Position numbers and translations under genes: made by a program. This document shows positions 38,610 to 47,541 of a DNA stretch of 64,000 nt, in pieces. The notes below the pieces were generated by a model. That model saw nothing but the letters and a program-made list of their open reading frames with translations, did not search any database and had not been told where the DNA came from. Source of the stretch: Chloroflexota bacterium (lineage in GTDB: Bacteria > Chloroflexota > Anaerolineae > J102); assembly GCA_013151415.1 (NCBI GenBank), contig JAADII010000080.1, positions 2,115-66,114 on the forward strand, read 5' to 3'. How positions within the stretch are numbered: the first letter of the stretch is position 1; the number at the start of each line of letters is the position of its first letter.

Positions 38610-41075
38610 ATGCGACGAAATCCACTTCTTTACCTCGGCGTCTTTCTCATCGCTTTCAGCACTCTCATGCTTGAAATCGCATTGACGCGCATTTTCAGCG
38701 TGTCTTTGTGGTATCAGTTTGGCTTTATGATCATCAGCACAGCCCTTTTGGGCTTTGGCGCCAGCGGCGCATATCTGGCTGTGCGCCGTGAGGCGTTGTC
38801 TGGCGACCCCGCCACAGCCGCCGGACGCGCCCAACTTTACCGCAATTTGAGCCGGTACGCGGGCATGTTCAGCGTCAGCATTTTGGCGGCGTTTTCCCTC
38901 ATGGTGCGCATTCCCCTGGACCCGTTGAAACCCTTGCTACCAGGGGTGAGCAATCCAACCGCGGCCGCGGTCGAGCTTGTGATCTATATGGTGCTGTATT
39001 ATGCGCTCATTGTCATTCCCTTTTTCTTCGCCGGCTTGACGCTAGGCGCGGCCTTTTCGGCCTGGGCCAGAGAGATCGGCTCACTTTACTTCGCCGATCT
39101 TTTGGGCGCAGGATTGGGAAGCCTGACGGTGGTGAGCGCGCTTTATGTATTTTCGGGCCAGGCTGTGGTTATGCTGGCGGCTATTATCGCCTCTCTTTCA
39201 GCGCTCGCCTTCAGTTTGGCCCGGGCGCGAGCTATAGGTCGAGGACGGGCCCGCTGGAAAACGCCGGCGTTGTTGGTCGGTTATAGTTTACTGATTTTAC
39301 TCATGTTGCCGCAAGCCTCCAACCTATTTCAGCTTTACATTCCTCCCAGCAAGCCCTTGCAAATCGCCTACGACAAGGAAAACTACCCCGATATCCAGCT
39401 GGAATACACGGGTTGGACGCCATTTAGTCGCATCGACGTGATGTGGCAACCGGGCATGAAAGGTCAGGCATGGGGTTTGAGCGGCGCTTACAAGGGGCCG
39501 CTGCCCGAGCAAAAATTCATCACCATTGACGCCGCAGCTATGACCGCCATCAACCAATGGAGCGGCGATCCCGAAGAGCTGGTTTGGGTCAACGCTTTGC
39601 CCAGCAGCCTTGTCTACCGGCTAAAGGAGAAGCCCAACGTCCTTCTCATTGGGCCGGGCGGAGGCGTCGATGTGCTGGTGGCCTGGTATAACGGCGCTCG
39701 CAAGATCACCGCGGCCGAGATCAATCCGCTGATCGTGGAAATTATGCGCGATGAATATCGGGAATTTTCGGGCGGCCTTTATAGCGACCTGCCAAATGTG
39801 GATGTGCAGGTCGCGGAGGGTCGCAATTTTGTGGCCCGCTCGCAAGATATGTATGACGTGATCCAGTTTTCGCAGGTGGACACCTGGGCCGCGGCCGCGG
39901 CCGGGGCTTACAGCCTCACCGAAAATTATCTTTACACTCAAGATGCGTTTCGAGATTATCTGAGTCACCTTAGTCCAGACGGGATGTTGGCCATTGGCCG
40001 CTGGTATTTCGATCCGCCTGGCCAACCACTTCGTTTGGTCACCATTGGCTCGGCCGCGTTGGCGGAGATCGGCGTGCAAGAGCCAGAGCGACATTTCATC
40101 GTCATCCGCGCGGGCGACACCTCCACCGTGATCATGAAAAAATCGCCCTTCACAAACGAGGAGATCGCCCGCTTGCGCCAGATCGCCGAGCCGCTCTATT
40201 TCACCATCCTCTACGCGCCCGATATGCTGAATCAATCGGGGAACCCCTTTGTCGATTTCTTCAATGCCGAGGATAAGAACGCATTCTACGCCGCTTATCC
40301 GCTGGATGTCTCGCCCACCAACGACAACAAACCCTTCTTCTTCGAATACTACGGTTGGACAAACTTCGGCACCTTCCGCAGCGGCAAACTGACGCTCACC
40401 ATCCTGTTGCTCCAGGCCTTCGTTCTTTCGGTTGCGCTGATCTTGTGGCCTTTGTGGCGCTTCCGTCGCGAGGGCCTAAGCACGGCAGGCGCGCGGCGTT
40501 TCATGCTCTACTTCGCCGCCCTCGGCATAGCCTTTATTTTCATCGAAATAGGCTTCATGCAGCGATTCATCCTTTTCTTGGGGCATCCTGTTTTCGCGCT
40601 CTCGGTGGTGCTTTTCTCATTGCTCACCTTCAGTGGATTAGGGAGCTTGCTCAGCAACCGCATTGTGGGCCCAGATGCCGACCCTCGCCGCGGATTGCGC
40701 GTTGTCATTCCGGCTGTGGCCGCGCTAACGCTGGTTTACATCTTCGCGCTTCCACCTCTTTTCCAGGCTGGTTTGGGTTGGCCTTTGGCCGCGCGCATTC
40801 CCTTTTCCATCTTGCTCATTGCGCCGTTGGGGTTGCTTATGGGCATGCCTTTCCCGCTCGGCATCCGAATGGTGTCGCGCACCAACGAATTGCTCATTCC
40901 TTGGGCCTGGGGCGTTAATGGTTTTGCGTCGGTGCTTGGCTCCATCATGGCCGTCATGCTGGCCCAATCCATCGGCTTTGCTCTGGTTATGGTGGTGGCG
41001 CTGGTCATCTATTTTGCCGGATTGGCCGCGCTGATGACATTGAAACGGGCTTCTTCAGATGGCCTCGCGCTTTGA
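38610..41075 (+). CDS. fused MFS / spermidine-synthase-like membrane protein
   Basis: 821 aa. Polytopic membrane domains flank a central class I methyltransferase/aminopropyltransferase fold ('LLIGPGGGVDVLVAW'). Confidence 0.75.
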   Translation: MRRNPLLYLGVFLIAFSTLMLEIALTRIFSVSLWYQFGFMIISTALLGFGASGAYLAVRREALSGDPATAAGRAQLYRNLSRYAGMFSVSILAAFSLMVRIPLDPLKPLLPGVSNPTAAAVELVIYMVLYYALIVIPFFFAGLTLGAAFSAWAREIGSLYFADLLGAGLGSLTVVSALYVFSGQAVVMLAAIIASLSALAFSLARARAIGRGRARWKTPALLVGYSLLILLMLPQASNLFQLYIPPSKPLQIAYDKENYPDIQLEYTGWTPFSRIDVMWQPGMKGQAWGLSGAYKGPLPEQKFITIDAAAMTAINQWSGDPEELVWVNALPSSLVYRLKEKPNVLLIGPGGGVDVLVAWYNGARKITAAEINPLIVEIMRDEYREFSGGLYSDLPNVDVQVAEGRNFVARSQDMYDVIQFSQVDTWAAAAAGAYSLTENYLYTQDAFRDYLSHLSPDGMLAIGRWYFDPPGQPLRLVTIGSAALAEIGVQEPERHFIVIRAGDTSTVIMKKSPFTNEEIARLRQIAEPLYFTILYAPDMLNQSGNPFVDFFNAEDKNAFYAAYPLDVSPTNDNKPFFFEYYGWTNFGTFRSGKLTLTILLLQAFVLSVALILWPLWRFRREGLSTAGARRFMLYFAALGIAFIFIEIGFMQRFILFLGHPVFALSVVLFSLLTFSGLGSLLSNRIVGPDADPRRGLRVVIPAVAALTLVYIFALPPLFQAGLGWPLAARIPFSILLIAPLGLLMGMPFPLGIRMVSRTNELLIPWAWGVNGFASVLGSIMAVMLAQSIGFALVMVVALVIYFAGLAALMTLKRASSDGLAL

Positions 41076-42575
41076 CCGAAACCGCACGGTCACGGTTGTG
41101 CCTTCGCCCTCGCGTGAATCCACATCGATCTCGCCTCCATGCGTATCGAGGATGGCTTTCACCAGCGCCAGGCCCAAGCCGCTGCCGGTGCGGTCGCGGG
41201 CTTTATCCACGCGATAGAAGCGCTCGAAAATATGGGGCAAATCCGCTTCGGGGATGCCAATGCCCGTATCGCTCACCATCACCTGCACCCATTTGGCATT
41301 GACCGACGCGCGCAAATAGACCGCGCCGCCAGCAGGAGTGTACTTGATGGCGTTATCCACCAGGTTGCGCACCACCAGCTCACAATCCTCCGGCCCAATG
41401 CAAATTTGGGGCAGATCGGGCGGAATATCGGCCTGAAGGCTGACGCCGGCGTCATCGGCCAGCGGTTGCATAGAGGCGACAATCTCTTCCAAACAGGGCG
41501 AAAGCGCCGTAGGCGCGGCCGACTGAGCGCCTGATTCGGCCCGATTCAAATTGAGCAACTGTTGCAACAATCGGGCCAGCTTCTCCGTTTCCTCTCGAAT
41601 TTCTTGCAAATAGCGGTTGCGACGCGCCTCGTCGCCGGAAGTCATCTGCAACAACTCGGCTCGCAGCTGAAGGGCCGTGAGCGGGCTGCGCAATTCATGA
41701 GAAGCGTTGGCCACGAACGCGCGTTCTCGGGCCAATAGCTCACTAATCTGTTCGGCCATGTGATCAAAGGCGGCGGCCAACGCGCCCAATTCATCCTGAC
41801 GGTCCATATCCAAACGAGTGCTCAAATCCCCTGCGGCGAGACGATTCGCAGCCAGCGTCAACCGACGCAACGGGCGCGTGATCTGACCGCCCAAAATAAT
41901 CGACGCCACCACAAACAGCGCCGTGAGCACCAACGCCGCGGTGAAAAGCACCGCCCACATGGCGTGCACGCGCGTCATGATCTCGGTCATGGGAACCGAA
42001 AGCTGAACCAGCCCTTCGACCGAGTCGCTGCTGCCAATGACCGCGGCCACGAACAGACGCTCTTCGCCCGTCCATTCATCGAGACGAATATCATGTTGCT
42101 CCGAACCGCGTAGCGCGGTGGTGATCTCGGGATGACGCTCCTCGATATGAATGGGCACGACGGGATCGGACGAATAACGCACATTAAGGGATGGGTCGAG
42201 AATAGTCACCCGAGCGTCCATTTCCTCGGCGTAACTATCGACAATGGTTTTCAAATCGCGCTCGCCAAAGGATACGAACACCTGGCGATGCCCTTCTTCA
42301 TCCTCATATTCATGCTCTTCCTCATCTTTATCGTCGTACTCATCTTCGCTCTCCTCGAACTCCAGTTGCTTTTTCACGGGTTCGCGCAAGCCATTGGCCA
42401 CAATGAGCGCGCGCAACTCGAGCTCATGTTCGGCCTCTTCGATGATGCTTTTTTGCAAGCGGAAACCCGTCCACGCGACCAGGCTCCCTAAGGCCAAAAA
42501 AATCAGAGCGAGATTGATCAAAATGATGCGCAGGGTGAGACTGCGCCGGGGATCAAGTCGTTTGAGCCAGTTCAT
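41055..42575 (-). CDS. sensor histidine kinase (TM - extracellular sensor - TM - HAMP - HisKA - HATPase_c)
   Basis: The H-box 'ASHELRSPLTAL' and the N/G-boxes 'DNAIKYT' and 'GSGLGLA' are present. The sensor domain contains an acidic insert 'EFEESEDEYDDKDEEEHEYEDEE'. The start was trimmed to 'MNWLKRL', which overlaps the RR stop by about 20 nt. Confidence 0.8.
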   Translation of the reverse strand: MNWLKRLDPRRSLTLRIILINLALIFLALGSLVAWTGFRLQKSIIEEAEHELELRALIVANGLREPVKKQLEFEESEDEYDDKDEEEHEYEDEEGHRQVFVSFGERDLKTIVDSYAEEMDARVTILDPSLNVRYSSDPVVPIHIEERHPEITTALRGSEQHDIRLDEWTGEERLFVAAVIGSSDSVEGLVQLSVPMTEIMTRVHAMWAVLFTAALVLTALFVVASIILGGQITRPLRRLTLAANRLAAGDLSTRLDMDRQDELGALAAAFDHMAEQISELLARERAFVANASHELRSPLTALQLRAELLQMTSGDEARRNRYLQEIREETEKLARLLQQLLNLNRAESGAQSAAPTALSPCLEEIVASMQPLADDAGVSLQADIPPDLPQICIGPEDCELVVRNLVDNAIKYTPAGGAVYLRASVNAKWVQVMVSDTGIGIPEADLPHIFERFYRVDKARDRTGSGLGLALVKAILDTHGGEIDVDSREGEGTTVTVRFRSKREAI

Positions 42576-43278
42576 CGGGCGAGGCGAAACGATAACCGTA
42601 TCCGCGTACAGTAAGTATGAGTTTGGGTTTGGAGGGGTTCTCTTCCAGCTTCTCCCGCAGCCAACGGATATGCACATCCAGCGTGCGCGGGCTGCCGATC
42701 CAACCTTCACCCCACACCAAATCCAATAGTTGATGTCGATGCACCGCGCTGCCCGCGCGCGTCATCAAAGCTTCGAGCAATGCGAATTCCTTCTCGGTTA
42801 GGTCCAATGGCTTGCCATTGCGCCGCGCCAGATGCGCCTCGACATCCAGGCTGATAGGCCCGATTTCAATTTGTTTCGGTTGCGGCGCGGCGTTCTGGCG
42901 CTCGATCTGAATGCGGCGCAACGTGGCTCGCACGCGAGCAAGCAATTCGCGAAAGCTAAAGGGCTTGACAATGTAATCATCTGCGCCCGACTCCAGGCCC
43001 ATCACCCGATCCATCTCCTGGTCTCGAGCCGTAACCATGATCACGGGCGCAACCGATTCGCGGCGTATTTGGCGCAAGAGCTGAAATCCGTCGATGCCGG
43101 GAAGCATCACATCGAGCAAGATGAGATCGGGCTTCTCCTCGCGAATCAAGGCCAGTCCTTCGTGGCCGTTGCTCGCGTATAGCGTCCGAAACCCCTCCCC
43201 CTCCAGGCCAAAGAGCAGGGGTTCGGCTATCATGTGATCGTCTTCGATGAGCAGTAAAGTGATCTTATCGGTCGTCAT
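42553..43278 (-). CDS. OmpR family DNA-binding response regulator
   Basis: REC domain with 'LLLIEDD' and 'DLILLDVMLPGIDG', plus a C-terminal winged helix. Confidence 0.9.
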   Translation of the reverse strand: MTTDKITLLLIEDDHMIAEPLLFGLEGEGFRTLYASNGHEGLALIREEKPDLILLDVMLPGIDGFQLLRQIRRESVAPVIMVTARDQEMDRVMGLESGADDYIVKPFSFRELLARVRATLRRIQIERQNAAPQPKQIEIGPISLDVEAHLARRNGKPLDLTEKEFALLEALMTRAGSAVHRHQLLDLVWGEGWIGSPRTLDVHIRWLREKLEENPSKPKLILTVRGYGYRFASPDELAQTT

Positions 43279-43964
43279 GAGCGGGAGAATCTGGTGATAA
43301 GCACGCGATAGATGGTGAGAAAAAGGATACTCGCAATACTGATAATATACAAAAGCGCAAGCGCCGATGCATCGGTTCCGGCAAGGATCGCATGTAAGGT
43401 GATGAGACCGTACAATAAGAAGCTGCTAAAATGGATGAATCGCCAGGCTCGTCGGCCAAGGCGCGAACGAATATAGAAACTAAATGTTACAATAAGCGCA
43501 AGATAGAGTCCGATCTGCCCCCAGGCCGTAGCCACGGGTTTGTAACCGGTGGCCGCGAAGGGGATCAGAATCTGCGCCCAGGTGTAACCGATATATTCAT
43601 CGCCCAAAAGAATGACCGCATGGAATCCCGCGAAAGCCAGCGCCAACAGGCTGGTGAATTGATGAAGATCAAAGGCGGTGGGGCCGCCCGGCCAGGCGCG
43701 AGCCAATCGATTGGTGATGCTCAGACCCAGAGCCGTGCTCAACCACAAAAGAATGTATGCAACCACACCGGAAACGCGCGCCAAATGCCACGGCGCCTTC
43801 TGAACGGCGATGTCGGTGAGCAGCGCCGGCAGCCAATTGGGCAAAATCCACAGGGCCAGATCAGCCCCAATCACTGCGGCCAGTAAGAACAAGAGCGCCG
43901 ATTGCCAGGAGACAGCGGGTTGATCGTAAGGATCAGGCGTAGATGGGGAAGGGCGTTTCGACAT
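43275..43964 (-). CDS. ferric reductase-like transmembrane domain protein (MsrQ/YedZ-like di-haem b membrane protein)
   Basis: Six TM segments carry four conserved His (LHQF, FHAVIL, FIHF, TLHAIL). A 4-nt ATGA overlap with the RR start indicates translational coupling. Confidence 0.55.
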   Translation of the reverse strand: MSKRPSPSTPDPYDQPAVSWQSALLFLLAAVIGADLALWILPNWLPALLTDIAVQKAPWHLARVSGVVAYILLWLSTALGLSITNRLARAWPGGPTAFDLHQFTSLLALAFAGFHAVILLGDEYIGYTWAQILIPFAATGYKPVATAWGQIGLYLALIVTFSFYIRSRLGRRAWRFIHFSSFLLYGLITLHAILAGTDASALALLYIISIASILFLTIYRVLITRFSRS

Positions 43965-44937
43965 AGGGGACAAGGCTTTGGGTTTGATATGAACGGCCAT
44001 CGTTAAGCACCAAAAGAGCGGGAATGTGAGGATGTTGTTGCAACCAGTGTTGCGCGGCCTCGAGACCTAGCACAACCAAGATCAATGCGATAACATCGGC
44101 TTGGGTCGCGTTGGCCGCGATCGCGGTCGCGCTGAGAATGTCGGTTTGGGCGGGCGCGCCGGTGTGAGGAGCGATGAGATGATGTTGCTGACGCCCCCGA
44201 ATCCACCAGCGGCGATGGTCGGTTCCCGACGTGGCCACGCCCACATGGGCCAGGCGGAGCAAAAGCAGATCGGATTCCGGGGCCAACGGGTCGGTCACGC
44301 CGATAGGCCATCCTGTCGCGGCGGGCGGCGCGTCGCCGATGGCGAGATCGCCTCCGGCGTCGATCATGGCCGGGCCAAAGGGGCGGAGCATGTCCAACGC
44401 CCGATCCGCGGCCCAACCTTTGGCAATGCCGCCCAAATCAAGTCGCGCGCCCGGAGCCAGCGTAATGGTGCGAGATGCCGGATCAAGGCGGATTTGAGCG
44501 GACAGAGAAAGATGAGAAAGCGAAAACCCAGAAGCATGAAACGATGTGGGCGGCTCGCGACCTTCTTGAACCGGCGCAGGAGCCCCATGGTTCTCGGCGA
44601 ACCGTTCGGAAGCGATTTGCTCGAAAGAGCGATCATATCCCGCGTTGATGAGCGCCTGGCCAATGGCGGGATCAAACGCGCCGCCGCTAAACTCGGCGGC
44701 TTCGAGCGCGCGTAGGGTGACTTGCCACAAAATGTCTCCAGCTCGATAAGGCCGACCTGCCGCGGCGTTGAGACGGCTGAGATCGCTCTCAGGACGGAAG
44801 CGGCTGAGCGCCTGCTCCACCTCCTCCATCCAGGCCTCCACGCGTTTCAAGGCGTCTTGGGCTTCAGGGTCATCTGAATAGACCCAGGCCGCCATCTGAC
44901 AATTCATGGCTCGGAACGCATGATGTTGAAGCTTCAT
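43933..44937 (-). CDS. apbE: FAD:protein FMN transferase (ApbE family)
   Basis: 334 aa. ApbE-family similarity runs the full length, from the 'GAFDP' block to the C-terminal end. Confidence 0.8.
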   Translation of the reverse strand: MKLQHHAFRAMNCQMAAWVYSDDPEAQDALKRVEAWMEEVEQALSRFRPESDLSRLNAAAGRPYRAGDILWQVTLRALEAAEFSGGAFDPAIGQALINAGYDRSFEQIASERFAENHGAPAPVQEGREPPTSFHASGFSLSHLSLSAQIRLDPASRTITLAPGARLDLGGIAKGWAADRALDMLRPFGPAMIDAGGDLAIGDAPPAATGWPIGVTDPLAPESDLLLLRLAHVGVATSGTDHRRWWIRGRQQHHLIAPHTGAPAQTDILSATAIAANATQADVIALILVVLGLEAAQHWLQQHPHIPALLVLNDGRSYQTQSLVPYVETPFPIYA

Positions 44938-45097
44938 GATCTTTGGACCTCACTCCACCACTTTACATCGCTTGACCCAAGGTTCGGGTGGAGGAAACGG
45001 AATCTACAATCGGTTCCTTCCCTTTTTCCTCCAACCGAACCCTTTGAACGGCTTTTCGAGGCCGGAGATTTTCGATTCTCTCATGACGAGGCTGGCC

Positions 45098-45481
45098 CTA
45101 TCGGCTGGAGCGGGTGTGCGTCATGGGTTGGGGCGCAGGGCGAGACACCGCAGGAATGGGCGCCAACTGCACCGGCTCGGGCAATGGATTGAGGGGCGTA
45201 GTGAGATTGACTTCAGCCGGAGGCGGCGCCACTGTTGGAATGGGAGGAAGAACAAGAAAGGCGTCTCCGGTGGAAATGGTGATAGTCTCGCCAGTCGGCG
45301 TGGGCGTGATCGGCGGCTCTGGCTCATTATGCGCGGCATTGGCCAAAATAGCCCATCCGCCCAGGGTTCCGCTTAGCGCCAGGGCTGCAAGCAAAGCCCT
45401 GGCGCCCAAAGGTTTGCTACGACCGCGACGCCGCGCTTTGGTCGTGCGTTTGCTCGTGGGTTTAGTCGTCGTCGTATTCAT
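45098..45481 (-). CDS. hypothetical membrane-anchored Pro-rich protein
   Basis: A basic N-terminus 'KRTTKARRRGRSKP' is followed by the TM 'LLAALALSGTLGGWAILA' and a Pro-rich ectodomain. The start is uncertain. The Met/Thr-rich N-terminal part of the track ORF is an alternate-frame read of the neighbouring GAY repeats. Confidence 0.35.
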   Translation of the reverse strand: MNTTTTKPTSKRTTKARRRGRSKPLGARALLAALALSGTLGGWAILANAAHNEPEPPITPTPTGETITISTGDAFLVLPPIPTVAPPPAEVNLTTPLNPLPEPVQLAPIPAVSRPAPQPMTHTRSSR

Positions 45482-46055
45482 ATTCATCATCGTCATCGTC
45501 ATGATAGTAAGAGGAGCCGCGTTTATCGTCGTCATCGCTCTCATAATATGAAGATGAGCCGCGATATTCGTCATCGTCGTCATCGCGATAATACTCGTCG
45601 TGGTCGTCATCGTCATCGCGATAGGAGATGGAGCCATACTCGCGAGCGTCATCATCACTCCAACCGGACCCGATCTGCGGCTGACTGCTCCGCATGCTCT
45701 CGATGATCTGATTACTCTCTTGCAGACGTTGCTGATAAATCTGTTCTCGCTGAAGCAGCTCGCTGTTTTGAGCTTCCAGTTGCTGCAACCGTTGGTAGGC
45801 TTCTTGCAACTGCTGATTGGCCTGCTCGATCTGAGCTCGATAGGCGGACTCGCGCGTCTGGATGGTGTCGAGCAGCGCCTGAGCGTCGGCGTTTTCTGGC
45901 GACGCGGTCTGTTGAACCGGCGTTTCTACAGTGGGCGTGATGTCTGAAGCGTTTGCGCTGCGAATGCTGGGCAGCGCCAGCATCACCGAGGCCGCGCCAA
46001 TAATAACAAAGGCCGTGAGCGCCAAAGCGGCGAAAAGAGCTGTTCGTTGCGTCAT
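45462..46055 (-). CDS. hypothetical membrane-anchored coiled-coil protein with a poly-Asp/Tyr acidic tail
   Basis: An N-terminal TM is followed by a Gln/Glu-rich heptad region and a C-terminal 'DDDDDHDEYYRDDDDDEYRGSSSYYESDDDDKRGSSYYHDDDDDEYEYDDD' tail. Confidence 0.5.
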   Translation of the reverse strand: MTQRTALFAALALTAFVIIGAASVMLALPSIRSANASDITPTVETPVQQTASPENADAQALLDTIQTRESAYRAQIEQANQQLQEAYQRLQQLEAQNSELLQREQIYQQRLQESNQIIESMRSSQPQIGSGWSDDDAREYGSISYRDDDDDHDEYYRDDDDDEYRGSSSYYESDDDDKRGSSYYHDDDDDEYEYDDD

Positions 46056-46333
46056 GATGTGAACCTCCGAAAAAGGTGTTTGAAATCAAGCGTCAAAAGA
46101 AATGGTTGCTTGGAATGCGTTTTACTCTTCCATCCTACATCAGAAACCAGGCCACGCGGTTAATCCTGAGTCATCCTCATGTTAAGCGTATGTTAAACGC
46201 GCCCCCTCGACCGCCTCGCCCCGTATCGACGACCCTAATCTGGCGTTAATGTAATATAGAAGTTGGCTCACATTTCTCGCGACGCCACCGCTTCATCGAT
46301 CTTTCAAACTCGCGTCAAAGGAGGATCTCCCTA

Positions 46334-47446
46334 ATGCATTTTCCTGAGATTCATTCGCCAAAACGATGGCTTTCATCTTTTGCGCTTATCGCCTTGTTGG
46401 CCATGGCCGGAGCCGCGTTTCTTGGCGAACGCCAGCCCCCTGTGCAAGCCAAGAGCAACTATCTCACCGCGTTCGTGGCCGCGTATCCGCATACAGCCGC
46501 AAGCGCGCTCAACAGTTGCAGCGTCTGCCACACATCCATCCCTCAGCTGAATTCATACGGCCATGATTACCAGTCCCATGGACGCAACTTTGACGCCATC
46601 GAACTTCTCGATTCAGATGGCGACGGTTACACCAATCTGGAAGAAATCCAGGCGCTCACTTTTCCCGGCGATGCGAATAGCTATCCCTCGACTCCGCCCA
46701 CGCCTACGCCCTCGCCTTCACCTACCTCTACGCCCACGTCCACCCCGGCTCCCTTAGTGGGTGATCTCAACGGGGACTGTCATGTGGATGTGGTCGATAT
46801 CATGATGGTGGCCTCGCATTGGGGCGAAAGGGAGGGCGACCCCAACTGGGACCCCGCCCTCGACCTCGTTGCCGATGGTCAGATCACGGTCATTGACATC
46901 ATGGCTGTGGCCGTACATTGGGGCGATGCTTGCGGCGCGGTGCAAAGCCAGGCCCACTCCCGTTTGGTGGCGCCAGCGCAAACCGCGATCATGGCAGTTG
47001 AACCCGCGAGCGCCACCTGGCCGCTAAGCGATGGTCTATACACCATCGTCGTTCGCGCTGAGCAGGTGCAATCGCTGGCCGGATATGAAGTCACCCTGGC
47101 CTACGACCCCACCTTGCTAGACCTAATCGACGTCGAATTCAGCGATTGGTTAAGCGAAACGGGTCGCACAGTAAGCCCATTGGGGCCAAACATCGATGAA
47201 AATGCAGGGACCACTCGTTTTGGCGCTTTTAGCTTTGGCAATGCGCCCGGCGTTAGTGGAGATGGCCCCCTGGCAACCCTGCGGTTCCGTCCTCTGGCCG
47301 CGGGCAAGGCGCAGTTCTCGTTGCAAAACGCGGTCATGAACAACGAAACGGGCGGTTCCATTCCCGTCCAGACCCAATCCGGAATGGTGCAAATATCAGC
47401 CAGCGGATCAGTGACCTACATGCCGATGATGTGGACGCGTGAATAG
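46334..47446 (+). CDS. secreted protein with a CxxCH motif, a Ca-binding DxDGDG motif, a PT linker, a dockerin-like repeat pair and a C-terminal cohesin-like domain
   Basis: A signal peptide is followed by 'CSVCH'. 'DSDGDGYTNLEE' follows. The dockerin loops are 'DLNGDCHVDVVD' and 'DLVADGQITVID'. The C-terminal ~150 aa have a cohesin-like pattern ('YEVTLAYDPTLLDLIDVEF'). Confidence 0.6.
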   Translation: MHFPEIHSPKRWLSSFALIALLAMAGAAFLGERQPPVQAKSNYLTAFVAAYPHTAASALNSCSVCHTSIPQLNSYGHDYQSHGRNFDAIELLDSDGDGYTNLEEIQALTFPGDANSYPSTPPTPTPSPSPTSTPTSTPAPLVGDLNGDCHVDVVDIMMVASHWGEREGDPNWDPALDLVADGQITVIDIMAVAVHWGDACGAVQSQAHSRLVAPAQTAIMAVEPASATWPLSDGLYTIVVRAEQVQSLAGYEVTLAYDPTLLDLIDVEFSDWLSETGRTVSPLGPNIDENAGTTRFGAFSFGNAPGVSGDGPLATLRFRPLAAGKAQFSLQNAVMNNETGGSIPVQTQSGMVQISASGSVTYMPMMWTRE

Positions 47447-47455
47447 TCGGGTGAG

Positions 47456-47517
47456 AACAAACAAGGGGCGGATGAGCGGATGACCGCCATCCGTCCCTTT
47501 GTTCTTTTTGTTTTTAA
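47456..47517 (+). terminator. rho-independent terminator between convergent genes (possibly bidirectional)
   Basis: The stem 'aacaaggggcgg...catccgtccctttgtt' contains an inner 6-bp 'cggatg/catccg' hairpin, followed by 'cTTTTTgTTTTT'. Confidence 0.7.
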
Positions 47518-47541
47518 CTGCAAAACAGAGCGACGAATTGC

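Noticed and set aside
45482-45658. Met/Thr-rich N-terminal 60 residues of the 186-aa track ORF (MMMTLASMAP...TMTMMNMN)
   Set aside because: This is the GAY/GAC repeat DNA of the neighbouring poly-Asp tail read in another frame. The real downstream gene most likely starts near 45481.
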